52,229 nt of DNA, from the NCBI GenBank assembly GCA_016195275.1, contig JACPZZ010000029.1:1-52229 (forward strand), written 5' to 3'. Shown piece by piece: positions 17,181-27,385 of this stretch. Under the pieces are notes generated by a model. It had not been told where the DNA came from. It worked only from the letters and a program-made list of their open reading frames with translations, and searched no databases. Within the stretch, counting starts at the first letter, position 1. Every line of letters begins with the position of its first letter. Origin of the DNA: Candidatus Aenigmatarchaeota archaeon (lineage in GTDB: Archaea; Aenigmatarchaeota; Aenigmatarchaeia; JACPZZ01). Made by a program: the position numbers and the translations under genes.

Positions 17181-20100
17181 ATGGCCAAAATGGACATGAC
17201 CGAAAGGATAAAGCAAGTGATGTATCACTCCGAAATGATCAGGAACATTGCCATCATAGCCCATATTCACCACGGGAAATGTGTATCTCCCGAAGCTAGA
17301 ATATCGTTGGCTGATGGAAATTTCGTAAAAGCTGAAAATTTATTTAATGATTACTCAAAACTAGGAAAAGTCGTAAAAAAGGGCGCCGAGACCGTAATAG
17401 ATATTGAAAACATTGGACTCAATGTATTCAGTCTTAATAAGAAAACTCTCAAAGTAGAGAAAAAACCCATAAAATATCTTTGGAAATTGCAAGGCGGGGA
17501 TGTATTAAACGTAGAAGTGAAAAATGGCTCTTCAATAAAAACTACGCCCGAACATAAATTCCTAGTTTTTTCTAACGGAATAAAAGAAAGATCAGCAGAG
17601 GAATTGAAAGAAGGGGATTTTATAGTCTGTGCCAAAAAAACAGAAAATTATACTGCTACGACTGAAGAGATGAAGTTTCATATATTGCAGAACTTAAGCA
17701 CCGATATAGGATTCTATGGCACATTAAACACAAAATTTGCAAAGAATATCAGAGATAAAATCTTAGCAAACGATATCAAAAAAACATGGGAACGAATAAA
17801 GACCCGTTTAAGCCTTAAAAGTTTTTATCATTCTATCTGCCATGGGAAAGTAAGAATAAAGGATATTTGTTCAATTGCTGATATTTTCAATATACCCAGA
17901 GGTGTTATTTACAACGAAATAATTTCCATAAGTTATAGAGCCCAATTAGATAGATATGGCCGTACATCAGTTTCGTTAAAATTACCTAAGACTGAAGACG
18001 AATTCAAAAAATTCTTCTATATTGTTGGACTTTTAACAGGGGATGGAAGTTTTGTAAACCTTACTAATTCTGATGGCAAAATACAGCAAAAGTTCATGGA
18101 ATATTGCAAATCGATGGGCCTCAAACCGCATTTAGATTTATACAAAGACAGAGCACCCAGAATAAGAAGTGGCGGTGGGTTTACTTTATTAAATCTTTTA
18201 AGCCTGTTGTTTAACTATCCAAAAAAATCAAAGGCGCACAAAGTTAGCATTTCTGAGTTTTTATTCAAATGCCCCAGCGAATACGGAACAGAATTTCTTA
18301 GAGGCTATTTTGATACAGACGGTACAGTAGAAAAAGCACGTAGAGCCGTATCGCTTACCTCTGTAAGCAGGCAGATGATAAAGGATTTGCAATTATTCCT
18401 GTTAAGATACGGATGCGTTTCAATAGCACGAGATGACACTTTATATATTTCAGGAAAGTCGGCAAAGGTATTCTCTGAAAAAATAGGATTTACTCATGAA
18501 GGAAAAACTAAAAGATTGATACAGCTCTTGGAAAAAGTAGAGTGCAACAAATTAACGGATATAGTGCCGTTTTATCCGGCATCATTAAAAGCGATAAGAG
18601 AAAGCCTTGGCATAAAAAAATCCGATGTTCCACACGGTTATCATAACTACGAAAGCTCCGCTCTTGCCCCGTCTTTTTATTCTCTAAACAATTTTGATTC
18701 TGTGTTTTCAGCAATGCCAAATTCCGAAAGCATTGAGGATTTACAGCTTATGAATTCAGTGTTAAAAGGAGATGTTTGCTTCATAGAAGTAAGTAGGATA
18801 AATCGGTCAAAAGAATCTGCAGTTTATGATTTCACAGTTCCAGAAAATGAAAATTTCATAGCAGAAGGATTTGTCATTCACAACACTACTCTTACAGACA
18901 ACCTTGTCGCCGGCGCGGGGATGATCGCATCCGAACTTGCAGGCGAGGCCATGTTCACATGGATAGACGAACAGGAACGCCAACGCGAACTAACGATATA
19001 CGGCGCGAACGTTTCAATGGTTCACACTTACGAAGACAAAGACTATTTAATTAACCTGATGGACACGCCCGGACACGTGGACTTCGGAGGAGACGTAACG
19101 CGCGCAGTGCGCAGCGTCGACGGCGCGATTGTTGTCGTCGATGCTGTGGAAGGGACGATGCCGCAAACAGAGATTGTCCTACGTCAGGCCCTGAAAGAAA
19201 GGGTTAAACCGGTAATTTTCATAAACAAAACAGACAGGCTCATAAACGAATTGAAACTCACACCGGAACAAATACTGGAAAGGTTCGAAAAAATACTTGC
19301 GAATGTAAACGTCCTGATACAAAAATATGCAGAGGAAGAATTTCTCAAAAAATGGGGGTTGCCGAACGTCAAAGACGGATCCGTCGCATTCGGTTCCGCC
19401 TATCACAACTGGGCAATTTCCATGCCGTTCATGCAAAAAACCGGCATAACGTTCAAAGATATTATTGAATTGACACGATCCGGCAAGAAGGAAGAATTAA
19501 AACAAAAAGCGCCGATGTACAAGGTCATACTCGACATGGTGGTAAGGCATTTGCCCAACCCTGTCGACTCCCAGAAATACAGGGTGCCGAAAATATGGAA
19601 CGGCGACCTTGAATCGCAGGCGGGAAAGGACATGCTCAACTGCAACATAAACGGCAAACCGGTCGCGATGATAACCAAGATGTTCCCTGATCCGCATACG
19701 GGATTCGTTGCGTGTGCCAGGATTCTTTCGGGTAAATTAGCAAAAGGGCAGGAGATTTATCTTATCGGACAGCATCGTTCCCGGAGAATACAGCTTGTAA
19801 GCATCTACAAAGGAATACAAAGAGTACCGGTTGACGAAGTTGTGGCCGGGAACATTGTCGGTATTGTAGGATTGCAGGACGCTTATTCCGGAGAAACTAT
19901 CTGCGATCCGAATGAAATAATAGAACCGTTCGAAGAAATAAAACATTTATTCGAACCCGTTGTAACAAAGGCCATTGAACCGGAAAGCACAAAAGACCTT
20001 TCGAAGCTTATAGACTTTTTGCGCCAGCTGAACCGCGAGGATCCGACCATACAAATCAAGATAAACCAGGAAACAGGCGAATACCTTGTTTCCGGTTTGG

Positions 20101-20978
20101 GTGAATTGCATATAGACGCGAAAGTGGAAAGAAAACTGAAAGAAAACAACATACCGATAAAATCCACACAGCCTATTGTCGTTTACAGGGAGTCGTGCGG
20201 CGCCGGCGTCGCTGATGTGGAAGGAAAATCCCCGAACAAGCATAACAGGTTCCTTTTTATCATCAGCCCGTTACCCGCAGCTGTGTCAGAGGCTATACGA
20301 AACCGTGAAATAGAAGACTCGGAAATGAAGCGAAAGGACACACAACTGGTAAAGAAGTTTGAAGACTTGGGATTCGATAAAAACGAAGCACGAAGCGTCA
20401 AACTAATTTATAATAAAAATATTTTCATAGACGGCACAAAAGGCATACAGTATCTCAACGAGGCCATGGAACTCATTAAAGAAGGGTTCAAAAGCATGAT
20501 GGACGAGGGGCCTCTTTCCAAAGAACCTTGTATGTACCTGAAAATCGTGATAACCGACGCCACACTGCACGAAGATGCGGTGCACCGAGGACCGGCACAG
20601 GTTTTACCTGCAGTGCGCTTTGCGATTAAAGAAGGCATTCTAAAAGGCGACCCATTTTTGATGGAACCGAAGCAGATAATCCGGATAGACACGCCTAAAG
20701 AACAAATGGGTGGGGCGATACGCGAAGCCCAGAACAGGCGAGGGCAAATACTCGACATGGCAGAGGAACGCGGCGCCTCCGTAATAACAGCAAAGATACC
20801 TGTTGCAGAAATGTTTGGTTTCGATTCCGCCTTGAAATCCGCGACTGGCGGGCATGGATTTTATTCGTTAATAGACGTGATGTTCGAAAGGATGCCGCAC
20901 GACTTGCAGGACAGGGCTGTGCTGCAGATACGCAAGAGAAAGGGAATGACGGAAGAGATACCCCAACCGGAGACATAA
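17181..20978 (+). CDS. fusA: Translation elongation factor EF-2 containing an intein
   Basis: [14 protein letters not shown]|intein|[19 protein letters not shown], diphthamide loop [12 protein letters not shown]. Confidence 0.96.
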   Translation: MAKMDMTERIKQVMYHSEMIRNIAIIAHIHHGKCVSPEARISLADGNFVKAENLFNDYSKLGKVVKKGAETVIDIENIGLNVFSLNKKTLKVEKKPIKYLWKLQGGDVLNVEVKNGSSIKTTPEHKFLVFSNGIKERSAEELKEGDFIVCAKKTENYTATTEEMKFHILQNLSTDIGFYGTLNTKFAKNIRDKILANDIKKTWERIKTRLSLKSFYHSICHGKVRIKDICSIADIFNIPRGVIYNEIISISYRAQLDRYGRTSVSLKLPKTEDEFKKFFYIVGLLTGDGSFVNLTNSDGKIQQKFMEYCKSMGLKPHLDLYKDRAPRIRSGGGFTLLNLLSLLFNYPKKSKAHKVSISEFLFKCPSEYGTEFLRGYFDTDGTVEKARRAVSLTSVSRQMIKDLQLFLLRYGCVSIARDDTLYISGKSAKVFSEKIGFTHEGKTKRLIQLLEKVECNKLTDIVPFYPASLKAIRESLGIKKSDVPHGYHNYESSALAPSFYSLNNFDSVFSAMPNSESIEDLQLMNSVLKGDVCFIEVSRINRSKESAVYDFTVPENENFIAEGFVIHNTTLTDNLVAGAGMIASELAGEAMFTWIDEQERQRELTIYGANVSMVHTYEDKDYLINLMDTPGHVDFGGDVTRAVRSVDGAIVVVDAVEGTMPQTEIVLRQALKERVKPVIFINKTDRLINELKLTPEQILERFEKILANVNVLIQKYAEEEFLKKWGLPNVKDGSVAFGSAYHNWAISMPFMQKTGITFKDIIELTRSGKKEELKQKAPMYKVILDMVVRHLPNPVDSQKYRVPKIWNGDLESQAGKDMLNCNINGKPVAMITKMFPDPHTGFVACARILSGKLAKGQEIYLIGQHRSRRIQLVSIYKGIQRVPVDEVVAGNIVGIVGLQDAYSGETICDPNEIIEPFEEIKHLFEPVVTKAIEPESTKDLSKLIDFLRQLNREDPTIQIKINQETGEYLVSGLGELHIDAKVERKLKENNIPIKSTQPIVVYRESCGAGVADVEGKSPNKHNRFLFIISPLPAAVSEAIRNREIEDSEMKRKDTQLVKKFEDLGFDKNEARSVKLIYNKNIFIDGTKGIQYLNEAMELIKEGFKSMMDEGPLSKEPCMYLKIVITDATLHEDAVHRGPAQVLPAVRFAIKEGILKGDPFLMEPKQIIRIDTPKEQMGGAIREAQNRRGQILDMAEERGASVITAKIPVAEMFGFDSALKSATGGHGFYSLIDVMFERMPHDLQDRAVLQIRKRKGMTEEIPQPET
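17280..18884 (+). mobile_element. Intein (535 aa) with LAGLIDADG endonuclease in the EF-2 P-loop
   Basis: Starts CVSPEA; TTPEHKF; VGLLTGDG and LRGYFDTDG; ends VYDFTV...VIHN/T. Visibly more AT-rich than the flanks. Confidence 0.93.
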
Positions 20979-21315
20979 AAATTTTAATCTGATTTTATTG
21001 CATCAATAAATTTTTCACCGGCGAAACGACTGCTTAACCAATTATCAACGAAACTAGAAGCCAGGTATACGTGCATGTTATGACGTTTCATAATCATTAT
21101 CCTCAGTACATAGTTTTCCATGAAATTTAAACTGCACTCGGCTGTTCAACTATTTCATTTATCGCTGCGGGCCTCATTTTTTTACGAACAAATTGAAATT
21201 TGTCGTTTTCGTGCAAAGGTATTGCTAATCTGTTGTTTTTCCCGTATTTTGCCATGAAATGCGGTTATTCCGGTAACCTATTTAAATACAAGAGTGGTAA
21301 ATAAAGTGATCAAAA

Positions 21316-22578
21316 ATGGCTAAGCCGCACATCAATATTATGACATCAGGCCACGTAGACCATGGTAAATCTACGTTAATAGGAAGACTTCTATTCGATA
21401 CGGGCGCTATCCGGGAAGACGAGATGCGCAAGCTCAAAGAAACTGCCACCGAATTAAAAAAGGAGACTTTTGAATTTGCTTTTGCAATGGACACATCAAA
21501 AGAAGAGCGTGAACGCGGTGTCACAATCGATTTGATGCACAAGCCTTTTGAAACACAGAAAAATTATTTCACAATCATAGACGCACCCGGCCACAGGGAC
21601 TTTGTAAAGAACATGATCACGGGAGCGAGCCAGGCTGATGCTGCCATTTTGCTTTGTTCTGCCAAAGAAGGCATCCAGGACCAGACAAGAGAGCACGCTT
21701 ACCTGTTGAAAGTTCTTGGAATAAAACAAATGACTGTTGCTGTCAATAAAATGGACGCTGTTAATTACGATGAAGCGAAATTCAACGCGATAAAATCCGA
21801 AGTTACGAAACTTCTGCAGGGAATAGGCTACAAGATTGACGCTATTCCTATGATACCCTTATCCGCTTACTTGGGCGACAATGTTGTTAAGAAATCCGAC
21901 AAAATGCCCTGGTACAAAGGACCGACATTGCTTGAATCCTTGGATTCCATACAACTGCCGCCAAAACCAAGCGGCAAGCCTTTGAGGTTGCCTGTGCAAG
22001 ACGTTTACGATATCAAGGGCATCGGCGTTGTTCCTGTAGGCAGGGTTGAAACAGGTATTTTGAAACCCGGCGACCAGGTTGTTTTCATGCCTTCGGGTGC
22101 AAAAGCTGAAGTGAAATCTGTTGAAATGCACCACAAGCAGTTGGTTCAGGCTGAACCAGGCGACAACGTCGGTTTCAACGTGCGAGGAATTTCACGCGAC
22201 CAAATTAAACGCGGTGACGTAGTTGGCAAGCCTGATAACCCGCCTACGGTTGCTAAAGAGTTCACAGCGCAAATTATTGTGTTAAATCATCCTACGGTAA
22301 TTACAAAAGGTTACACGCCTGTGTTCCATTGCCACACATCCCAAATGGCCGGTGAGATATTTGAAATTGTCAAGAAACTTGACCCGAAGACAGGCGCAAC
22401 ACTCGCAGAGAATCCGGATTTGTTAAAGACAGGTGATGCTGCGATTGTAAAAGTCCGTCCTTCAAAACCTCTGGCTATTGAAAAGCAGTCTGATTTCCCG
22501 CAGCTTGCGCGTTTCGCAATAAGAGACATGGGACAGACGGTTGCCGCAGGCGTTGTAATAGACCTTGTAAAGGCTTAA
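21316..22578 (+). CDS. tuf: Translation elongation factor EF-1alpha
   Basis: [44 protein letters not shown]. Confidence 0.97.
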   Translation: MAKPHINIMTSGHVDHGKSTLIGRLLFDTGAIREDEMRKLKETATELKKETFEFAFAMDTSKEERERGVTIDLMHKPFETQKNYFTIIDAPGHRDFVKNMITGASQADAAILLCSAKEGIQDQTREHAYLLKVLGIKQMTVAVNKMDAVNYDEAKFNAIKSEVTKLLQGIGYKIDAIPMIPLSAYLGDNVVKKSDKMPWYKGPTLLESLDSIQLPPKPSGKPLRLPVQDVYDIKGIGVVPVGRVETGILKPGDQVVFMPSGAKAEVKSVEMHHKQLVQAEPGDNVGFNVRGISRDQIKRGDVVGKPDNPPTVAKEFTAQIIVLNHPTVITKGYTPVFHCHTSQMAGEIFEIVKKLDPKTGATLAENPDLLKTGDAAIVKVRPSKPLAIEKQSDFPQLARFAIRDMGQTVAAGVVIDLVKA

Positions 22579-22652
22579 GTTTGTGTTTTGAAGCGATTTA
22601 TAGAGCTTAAATGCTTATCTGTTCTAAATGCATACAAATTAAAGTGATGTAA

Positions 22653-23180
22653 ATGGCACAAAAACTTATAAATTATTTTGCAACGCCGGTACAATTCGAT
22701 CCTGCAAAGCGTGACTATGCGCGATCTTATGCCAGATGGGTGTTGCCTCCTCCGGAGCTGGCGTCGCAGTTAGAAAACTGGCCTCCCCGCAAGGTGTTCA
22801 TAAACTTACCGCCGAGGCGTGACATCAGGGTTGTGAACGTCTTGTCGGTGGAAGAAGATAGCACGGGTTTTTTTGTAGACGAGAAAATGTGGTATCCAAA
22901 TGAACACGGCGTTTATGTTAGCGGTGGCGGATCACAGTTTCATGCATCGAAAACACCGACAGGGGGATATGAAACTGTCGGGTCGGCCAAAGGCTATCTT
23001 TTTGCTGGTCGCGTTCCTGGTCCAGTCAAACAAGCTCTAATTGACTTGTTTTCGGAAGAACTGGAAAAGGTAAGAAAAGAAAAAGGTATGAAATTCCTAT
23101 TTTCGTGGGAGGATCAGGAGCCACGTTACCCTGAAAGTTACATTCCTCTTTTCAATACCATACATCAATTGCCCGAGTAA
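22653..23180 (+). CDS. Hypothetical protein
   Basis: 175-aa ORF with a GTGATG RBS-like site; no family recognised. Confidence 0.6.
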   Translation: MAQKLINYFATPVQFDPAKRDYARSYARWVLPPPELASQLENWPPRKVFINLPPRRDIRVVNVLSVEEDSTGFFVDEKMWYPNEHGVYVSGGGSQFHASKTPTGGYETVGSAKGYLFAGRVPGPVKQALIDLFSEELEKVRKEKGMKFLFSWEDQEPRYPESYIPLFNTIHQLPE

Positions 23181-23254
23181 AATTGGATAAGCCTAATTTT
23201 TGTATTTTTCTCCGCTTTTGTAACATTTAAATGTCTTCCTGTTGTTTTATAAAA

Positions 23255-23584
23255 ATGCCGGAAAGGACCGAAGAACAGTTGAGAGAATTGTACCCTGTTG
23301 CCGCTATTTACACACCGCTTGACGGGTTTGACATACACCGAACCAAAAGGCGGATAACCGCACTTGTTGCCGTGGAGGATCAAAAAGGCGGTAGGGATCT
23401 AAGATTGTACACTTGGCAATGGAGAAAATCTAAGCTCAACGAAGCCGGGCAGGCTAACGAGCCGGAGTATCGGTGGAAAGTCGATCTGGCAAGACAGTCG
23501 GTCACGGGTTGGGATTTTAGAGAACTCGCCACGCAAGCAAGAAAATTGGCTGCAAAGTACGATATAAAGATGGATTCAATGTAA
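23255..23584 (+). CDS. Hypothetical protein
   Basis: ~109-aa ORF downstream of a TTTAAA box; Trp-rich beta segments. Confidence 0.6.
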   Translation: MPERTEEQLRELYPVAAIYTPLDGFDIHRTKRRITALVAVEDQKGGRDLRLYTWQWRKSKLNEAGQANEPEYRWKVDLARQSVTGWDFRELATQARKLAAKYDIKMDSM

Positions 23585-23775
23585 TCAATGTAATTTCAGC
23601 CGCGCCTTTAAATTCAAACCAGTTTAATTCTTTGTATTTGCTGCGATAGCCAAGTCAGGTTCAGGCGACTGAAGCAGACATGGTCTGCTTCTAGCGGCCA
23701 AAGGCGCTGGTCTGGAATGTATAGGAACAAGTTGTTCGCAGGGGAGTAGTTTTCCAAAAGGAAACTATTGCAATT

Positions 23776-23832
23776 TACAAGGTAAACCCGATGGGTTTAC
23801 CTGTACAGTTTTTGCAAAAGCAAAAACTTGTA
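23776..23832. repeat. Twin-hairpin module M3 (tRNA-Ser intron)
   Basis: TACAAGGTAAACCC-GAT-GGGTTTACCTGTA overlapping TACAGTTTTTGC-AAAA-GCAAAAACTTGTA. Confidence 0.8.
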
Positions 23833-23860
23833 CCTTCAGGTGGATTGCAAACGTGTGTTT

Positions 23861-23911
23861 GCTAGTTTACCAGTGGTAAACTGCAGCAGTTTTGCTCAAA
23901 GCAAAACTAGC
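23861..23911. repeat. Twin-hairpin module M4 (tRNA-Ser intron)
   Basis: GCTAGTTTACC-AGT-GGTAAACTGC, A, GCAGTTTTGC-TCAAA-GCAAAACTAGC. Confidence 0.8.
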
Positions 23912-23976
23912 TTTCCTGCGACCAGAGAGCCAGTGTGCGCAAGCACGCGGGGGTTCAAATCCCTCTCGCAGCGTTT

Positions 23977-24060
23977 ATGAAACTCGAAAAGAAATGCCTG
24001 ATCTGCGGCAAAAAAGGCCACTGGCTGGTTGGATGCAAGTTTGAAAAGAAGTTTGATTAG
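23977..24060 (+). CDS. 27-aa CCHC zinc-knuckle microprotein
   Basis: MKLEKKCLICGKKGHWLVGCKFEKKFD matches C-x2-C-x4-H-x4-C exactly; below the ORF-track length cutoff. Confidence 0.6.
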   Translation: MKLEKKCLICGKKGHWLVGCKFEKKFD

Positions 24061-24111
24061 CCCGCCGCAATTAATATATTAACTGTAAATCAACTAAATT
24101 ACTGAATCAGG

Positions 24112-24702
24112 ATGAAAAAAGAAACCGCAATTTTCGCTGTCTTGACCGCCTTAATTGCTTTTTTCATATCAACAGGCACGATGGCGAGCAAGGAAAACGG
24201 AATAAAAATGGATGGGATTGTAATTTTGGAAACTTCCAACGGGAATATAGAAATACAGTTAGACAGCGCGCATGCGCCGATAACGGTTGCAAATTTCCTG
24301 AAATATGTCAACGAAGGGTTTTACAACGGCACGATATTCCATCGGGCTATTCCAAATTTCATGGCACAGGCCGGTGGTTTTACGAGTGACGGCACGGAAA
24401 AACAAACGCACGAACCGATAAAACTCGAGTCTAACAACGGTTTGAGCAACAAACGCGGGATGATTGCGATGGCCCGGACAAACGATCCGGACAGTGCAAC
24501 AAGCCAGTTCTTTATCAATGTGGCTGACAATTATTTCCTTGATTATGGCCGCGGCAATGATGGTTATGCCGTTTTTGGAAACGTGACAAAGGGCATGGAT
24601 GTTGCGGATGCGATTGTTTCTGTTAAAACAGGCGACAGGGGCTTTTTTTCAGACTGGCCGGTAGAGGATATCATTATCAAAGGCGCCTATGTTAAAAAGT
24701 AA
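24112..24702 (+). CDS. Cyclophilin-type peptidyl-prolyl cis-trans isomerase with N-terminal signal/anchor
   Basis: APITVANF, FHRAIPNFMAQAGG, AMART..PDSATSQFFIN, YAVFG. Confidence 0.92.
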   Translation: MKKETAIFAVLTALIAFFISTGTMASKENGIKMDGIVILETSNGNIEIQLDSAHAPITVANFLKYVNEGFYNGTIFHRAIPNFMAQAGGFTSDGTEKQTHEPIKLESNNGLSNKRGMIAMARTNDPDSATSQFFINVADNYFLDYGRGNDGYAVFGNVTKGMDVADAIVSVKTGDRGFFSDWPVEDIIIKGAYVKK

Positions 24703-24745
24703 CTATAAATAAGCAACAAGCGCTTAATACCTAGGAGAAAAACAA

Positions 24746-25939
24746 ATGAATTTTGAGGATTTGCAGCTAAAACCGGAACTGCTTAAAGCTGTTACAGAGC
24801 TTGGTTTTACGGAATTGACAGAGATACAGCAGAAATGCATACCTGAAATACGCGGCGGCAGGGATGTTGTCGGCCAGTCAAGCACCGGATCGGGCAAAAC
24901 AGCCGCGTTCGGGCTTCCGATACTCGAAAAAATCGAACATGGAAAGGGCATACAGTCTTTGATTGTGACGCCGACACGCGAGTTGTGCGTACAGGTAACA
25001 GATGCTTTGCGTAGCTTCGGTAGGTTCATGCACACCAATGTTGCGAGCGTGTTCGGCGGCGTCAGTATCGAACCGCAGATAACCGCGGTGCGCACAGCTG
25101 ATATTGTTGTCGGGACGCCCGGACGTATTCTGGACCACATGGAACGAAGGACGATCAATTTCCAAAACGTGCGCTTTTTAGTCATCGACGAAGCGGACAA
25201 AATGTTTGAAATGGGGTTCATAGAAGACGTTGAGCGCATAATAAAACAAACGCCACAAAACAGGCAGACTTTATTATTCAGCGCTACTATACCGGCAGAG
25301 GTGAGGCACATAGTCGAGCGCCATCTTAATTCACCAGTAACGATTAAGGGCGTGATTTATGTTGATACGAGCCTGCTCAGGCACGTTTATTATGATATAA
25401 AGCCCCACGACAAATTTTCTTTGTTAGTTCACCTGTTGAAGCAAAACAAGGAAGGCATTGCGCTTGTTTTCTGCGCCACAAGGCACGAAGTCGACGCTGT
25501 TGCGGAAAACCTCAAGTCGCAGGGGATAAACGCAGAAGCCATACACGGCGGCATGGAGCAGAACAGGCGTTTGCGATCTGTCGAAGCTTTGAAAAACGAA
25601 ACGATAAACGTGTTAGTCGCAACTGATGTCGCTGCGCGCGGACTTGACATAAGAAATGTATCGCATGTGTACAATTACGACGTTCCCAAATCCTCCTCGG
25701 ATTACATACATCGCGTTGGCCGCACCGCGCGCGCAGGCGGTGAAGGCGATGCTGTCACATTGTTGTCTGAACGCGATCATGATAACTTCTCGCGGATTTT
25801 GCGCGACAGAAGTTTGAAAATTGCAAGAACTGAAAAGCCGGAAATTGAACGCGTCCAGTTTAAACGCGCGGAAAGGCGCGGCCGTTTTGGCAGCCGGGGT
25901 TTCCGAAAACCTGGTTTCCACAGAAGGCCGAGATATTAA
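24746..25939 (+). CDS. DEAD-box RNA helicase
   Basis: Q motif, TGSGKT, PTREL, DEAD, SAT, ARGLD, HRVGRTAR; Arg/Gly-rich tail. Confidence 0.95.
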   Translation: MNFEDLQLKPELLKAVTELGFTELTEIQQKCIPEIRGGRDVVGQSSTGSGKTAAFGLPILEKIEHGKGIQSLIVTPTRELCVQVTDALRSFGRFMHTNVASVFGGVSIEPQITAVRTADIVVGTPGRILDHMERRTINFQNVRFLVIDEADKMFEMGFIEDVERIIKQTPQNRQTLLFSATIPAEVRHIVERHLNSPVTIKGVIYVDTSLLRHVYYDIKPHDKFSLLVHLLKQNKEGIALVFCATRHEVDAVAENLKSQGINAEAIHGGMEQNRRLRSVEALKNETINVLVATDVAARGLDIRNVSHVYNYDVPKSSSDYIHRVGRTARAGGEGDAVTLLSERDHDNFSRILRDRSLKIARTEKPEIERVQFKRAERRGRFGSRGFRKPGFHRRPRY

Positions 25940-26032
25940 ACAAAAAGTTCCATTGTTAAAGTGACCTGCATGGATTCTTGGTTTATTGTCGACCTAACAA
26001 ATATTTAAATCAGATTGTGAGCAGTTTTAATT

Positions 26033-26254
26033 ATGGCAGAAGTCACAAGTTTGGGCAATGTGCTTGTCTTAACAGGCGGGTTATTGGTTCTGTTAGGCTT
26101 GGTTGTGCTGATCGGCGGCAAAATACCGTTCTTCGGAAATTTGCCCGGAGACATATCCATAGAAAGAGGCAATTTCAAATTTTACGCGCCGATAGCAACG
26201 TTTCTGGTAATAAGCATAGTACTGACGGTTTTGCTGAACCTGTTATCAAAATGA
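26033..26254 (+). CDS. Small membrane protein (DUF2905-like)
   Basis: Two transmembrane helices flanking GNLPGDISIERGNFKFYAPI. Confidence 0.75.
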   Translation: MAEVTSLGNVLVLTGGLLVLLGLVVLIGGKIPFFGNLPGDISIERGNFKFYAPIATFLVISIVLTVLLNLLSK

Positions 26255-26716
26255 TCATACCGTCAGATAATCCGCGAACTTGATGTCAGGTATTCCGTCA
26301 GATCTTTCTTCGACTTTTATGTACTTAAGCTCTCTTCCCACAACAATCTCTGCAGGCAGCTCGTTTTCCAATTGTTCTTTGACCCAATTAAACTGTCTGG
26401 GTGAGTTTGTTGCAAGCGCTATTTCCACTTCGCAGGAATACCTTTCAGGGTCATCCGCCTTTTCGACATCCATGAAACCTGCCAGGTAGAATTCGACCCT
26501 GCCGTAATCTGTTGGTACAGACCCTTTGACAGTAAACATTCTTTTGTCAGGCGATATCTGCATCTTTCCGCCAATTCTTACCAGTTCCGATGCCATATGT
26601 TTTAAGCGGTAGCCTGTTTCCATCCCGAACGAATATCCGGTATGCGGATCAGAATACCTGTCCATACCCAACAGTTGCGGTGTAAGCCTGGCCCTGTACA
26701 CTTCAAAATCTGCCAT
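26255..26716 (-). CDS. Hypothetical protein
   Basis: 153-aa ORF with an upstream TTTAAATA box on the minus strand. Confidence 0.6.
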   Translation of the reverse strand: MADFEVYRARLTPQLLGMDRYSDPHTGYSFGMETGYRLKHMASELVRIGGKMQISPDKRMFTVKGSVPTDYGRVEFYLAGFMDVEKADDPERYSCEVEIALATNSPRQFNWVKEQLENELPAEIVVGRELKYIKVEERSDGIPDIKFADYLTV

Positions 26717-26753
26717 GTTTGAGAATACAGACTGAAGATATTTAAAGCACTTT

Positions 26754-27296
26754 TTACAGGGATGTCACATTCAGAACGAACGATCCTGCTATTTCTGACG
26801 AACGGCCTGCTTCCTCGGCCTTTGCCCAGTAGTTGATCGCTCCTGATGTTGTTACGGGAATTACATAAGTACACGTTATCTCGGCGCCATCAGGCTTTGC
26901 GCTGCCCTGCCCTATGCAGTAACGGCCTGTACATTGCTCATTCTTGCAGACGCTGACTGTGACAAACTCGCTTTCCGCATCAGCAACTGTGACCGCAAAC
27001 GTTACTTCTTTGCCTGTCCTTACCGGGTTCGGTCGTTGAACAGACGAAAGGACGCGCGGCGGCTGGTTGCCTGCAATTGTCGATGTGGTTGTAGAGGTTG
27101 TTGTGGTGGTTGTTGACGGTAACATCGTGGTTGCCGATACTGTTGTTGTCGCTGTTATGGTCGTTGTGGTGGTTGTAGTCTGTTGGGGCTGTTCAGTTTT
27201 CCCTGAAAACAGGACAAAAAGAAGAAGCAGAATGCCGACACCGATAATGTAAAGGCTGGGATGGCGTTTATTTCTGCCTGTGAAATCGTAATTCAT
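26754..27296 (-). CDS. Membrane-anchored protein with Thr-rich linker and Ig-like domain
   Basis: N-terminal transmembrane helix, poly-Thr stalk, beta-rich domain starting NQPP. Confidence 0.7.
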   Translation of the reverse strand: MNYDFTGRNKRHPSLYIIGVGILLLLFVLFSGKTEQPQQTTTTTTTITATTTVSATTMLPSTTTTTTSTTTSTIAGNQPPRVLSSVQRPNPVRTGKEVTFAVTVADAESEFVTVSVCKNEQCTGRYCIGQGSAKPDGAEITCTYVIPVTTSGAINYWAKAEEAGRSSEIAGSFVLNVTSL

Positions 27297-27385
27297 ATAA
27301 ATAATATTACAACCTCTTATTTAAGGTGTTTTTATAGGAACTTCGCATTGTAAACAGTTCTTAATACCAATGAATATCTAAGATC

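Larger units (their letters stand above)
23640..23973 (+). tRNA. tRNA-Ser(GGA) with two introns: D-loop intron 23664-23701 (38 nt) and anticodon intron 23718-23927 (210 nt)
   Basis: Acceptor GCTGCGA/TCGCAGC, long variable arm GTGC-GCAA-GCAC, T-arm GGGGG-TTCAAAT-CCCTC. D-loop BHB GGTT/GGCC with bulges CAG and AAA; anticodon helix CTGG/CCAG with bulge AGA. TTTAAA box ~30 nt upstream. Confidence 0.88.

Noticed and set aside
20984-21121. 45-aa minus-strand ORF between EF-2 and tuf
   Set aside because: Short, no motif, no supporting evidence.
23730-23915. Hairpin modules as a mini-CRISPR (GTTT...AAAC resembles CRISPR repeat ends)
   Set aside because: Units are not identical direct repeats and have no unique spacers; they are adjacent palindromes with covarying stems.
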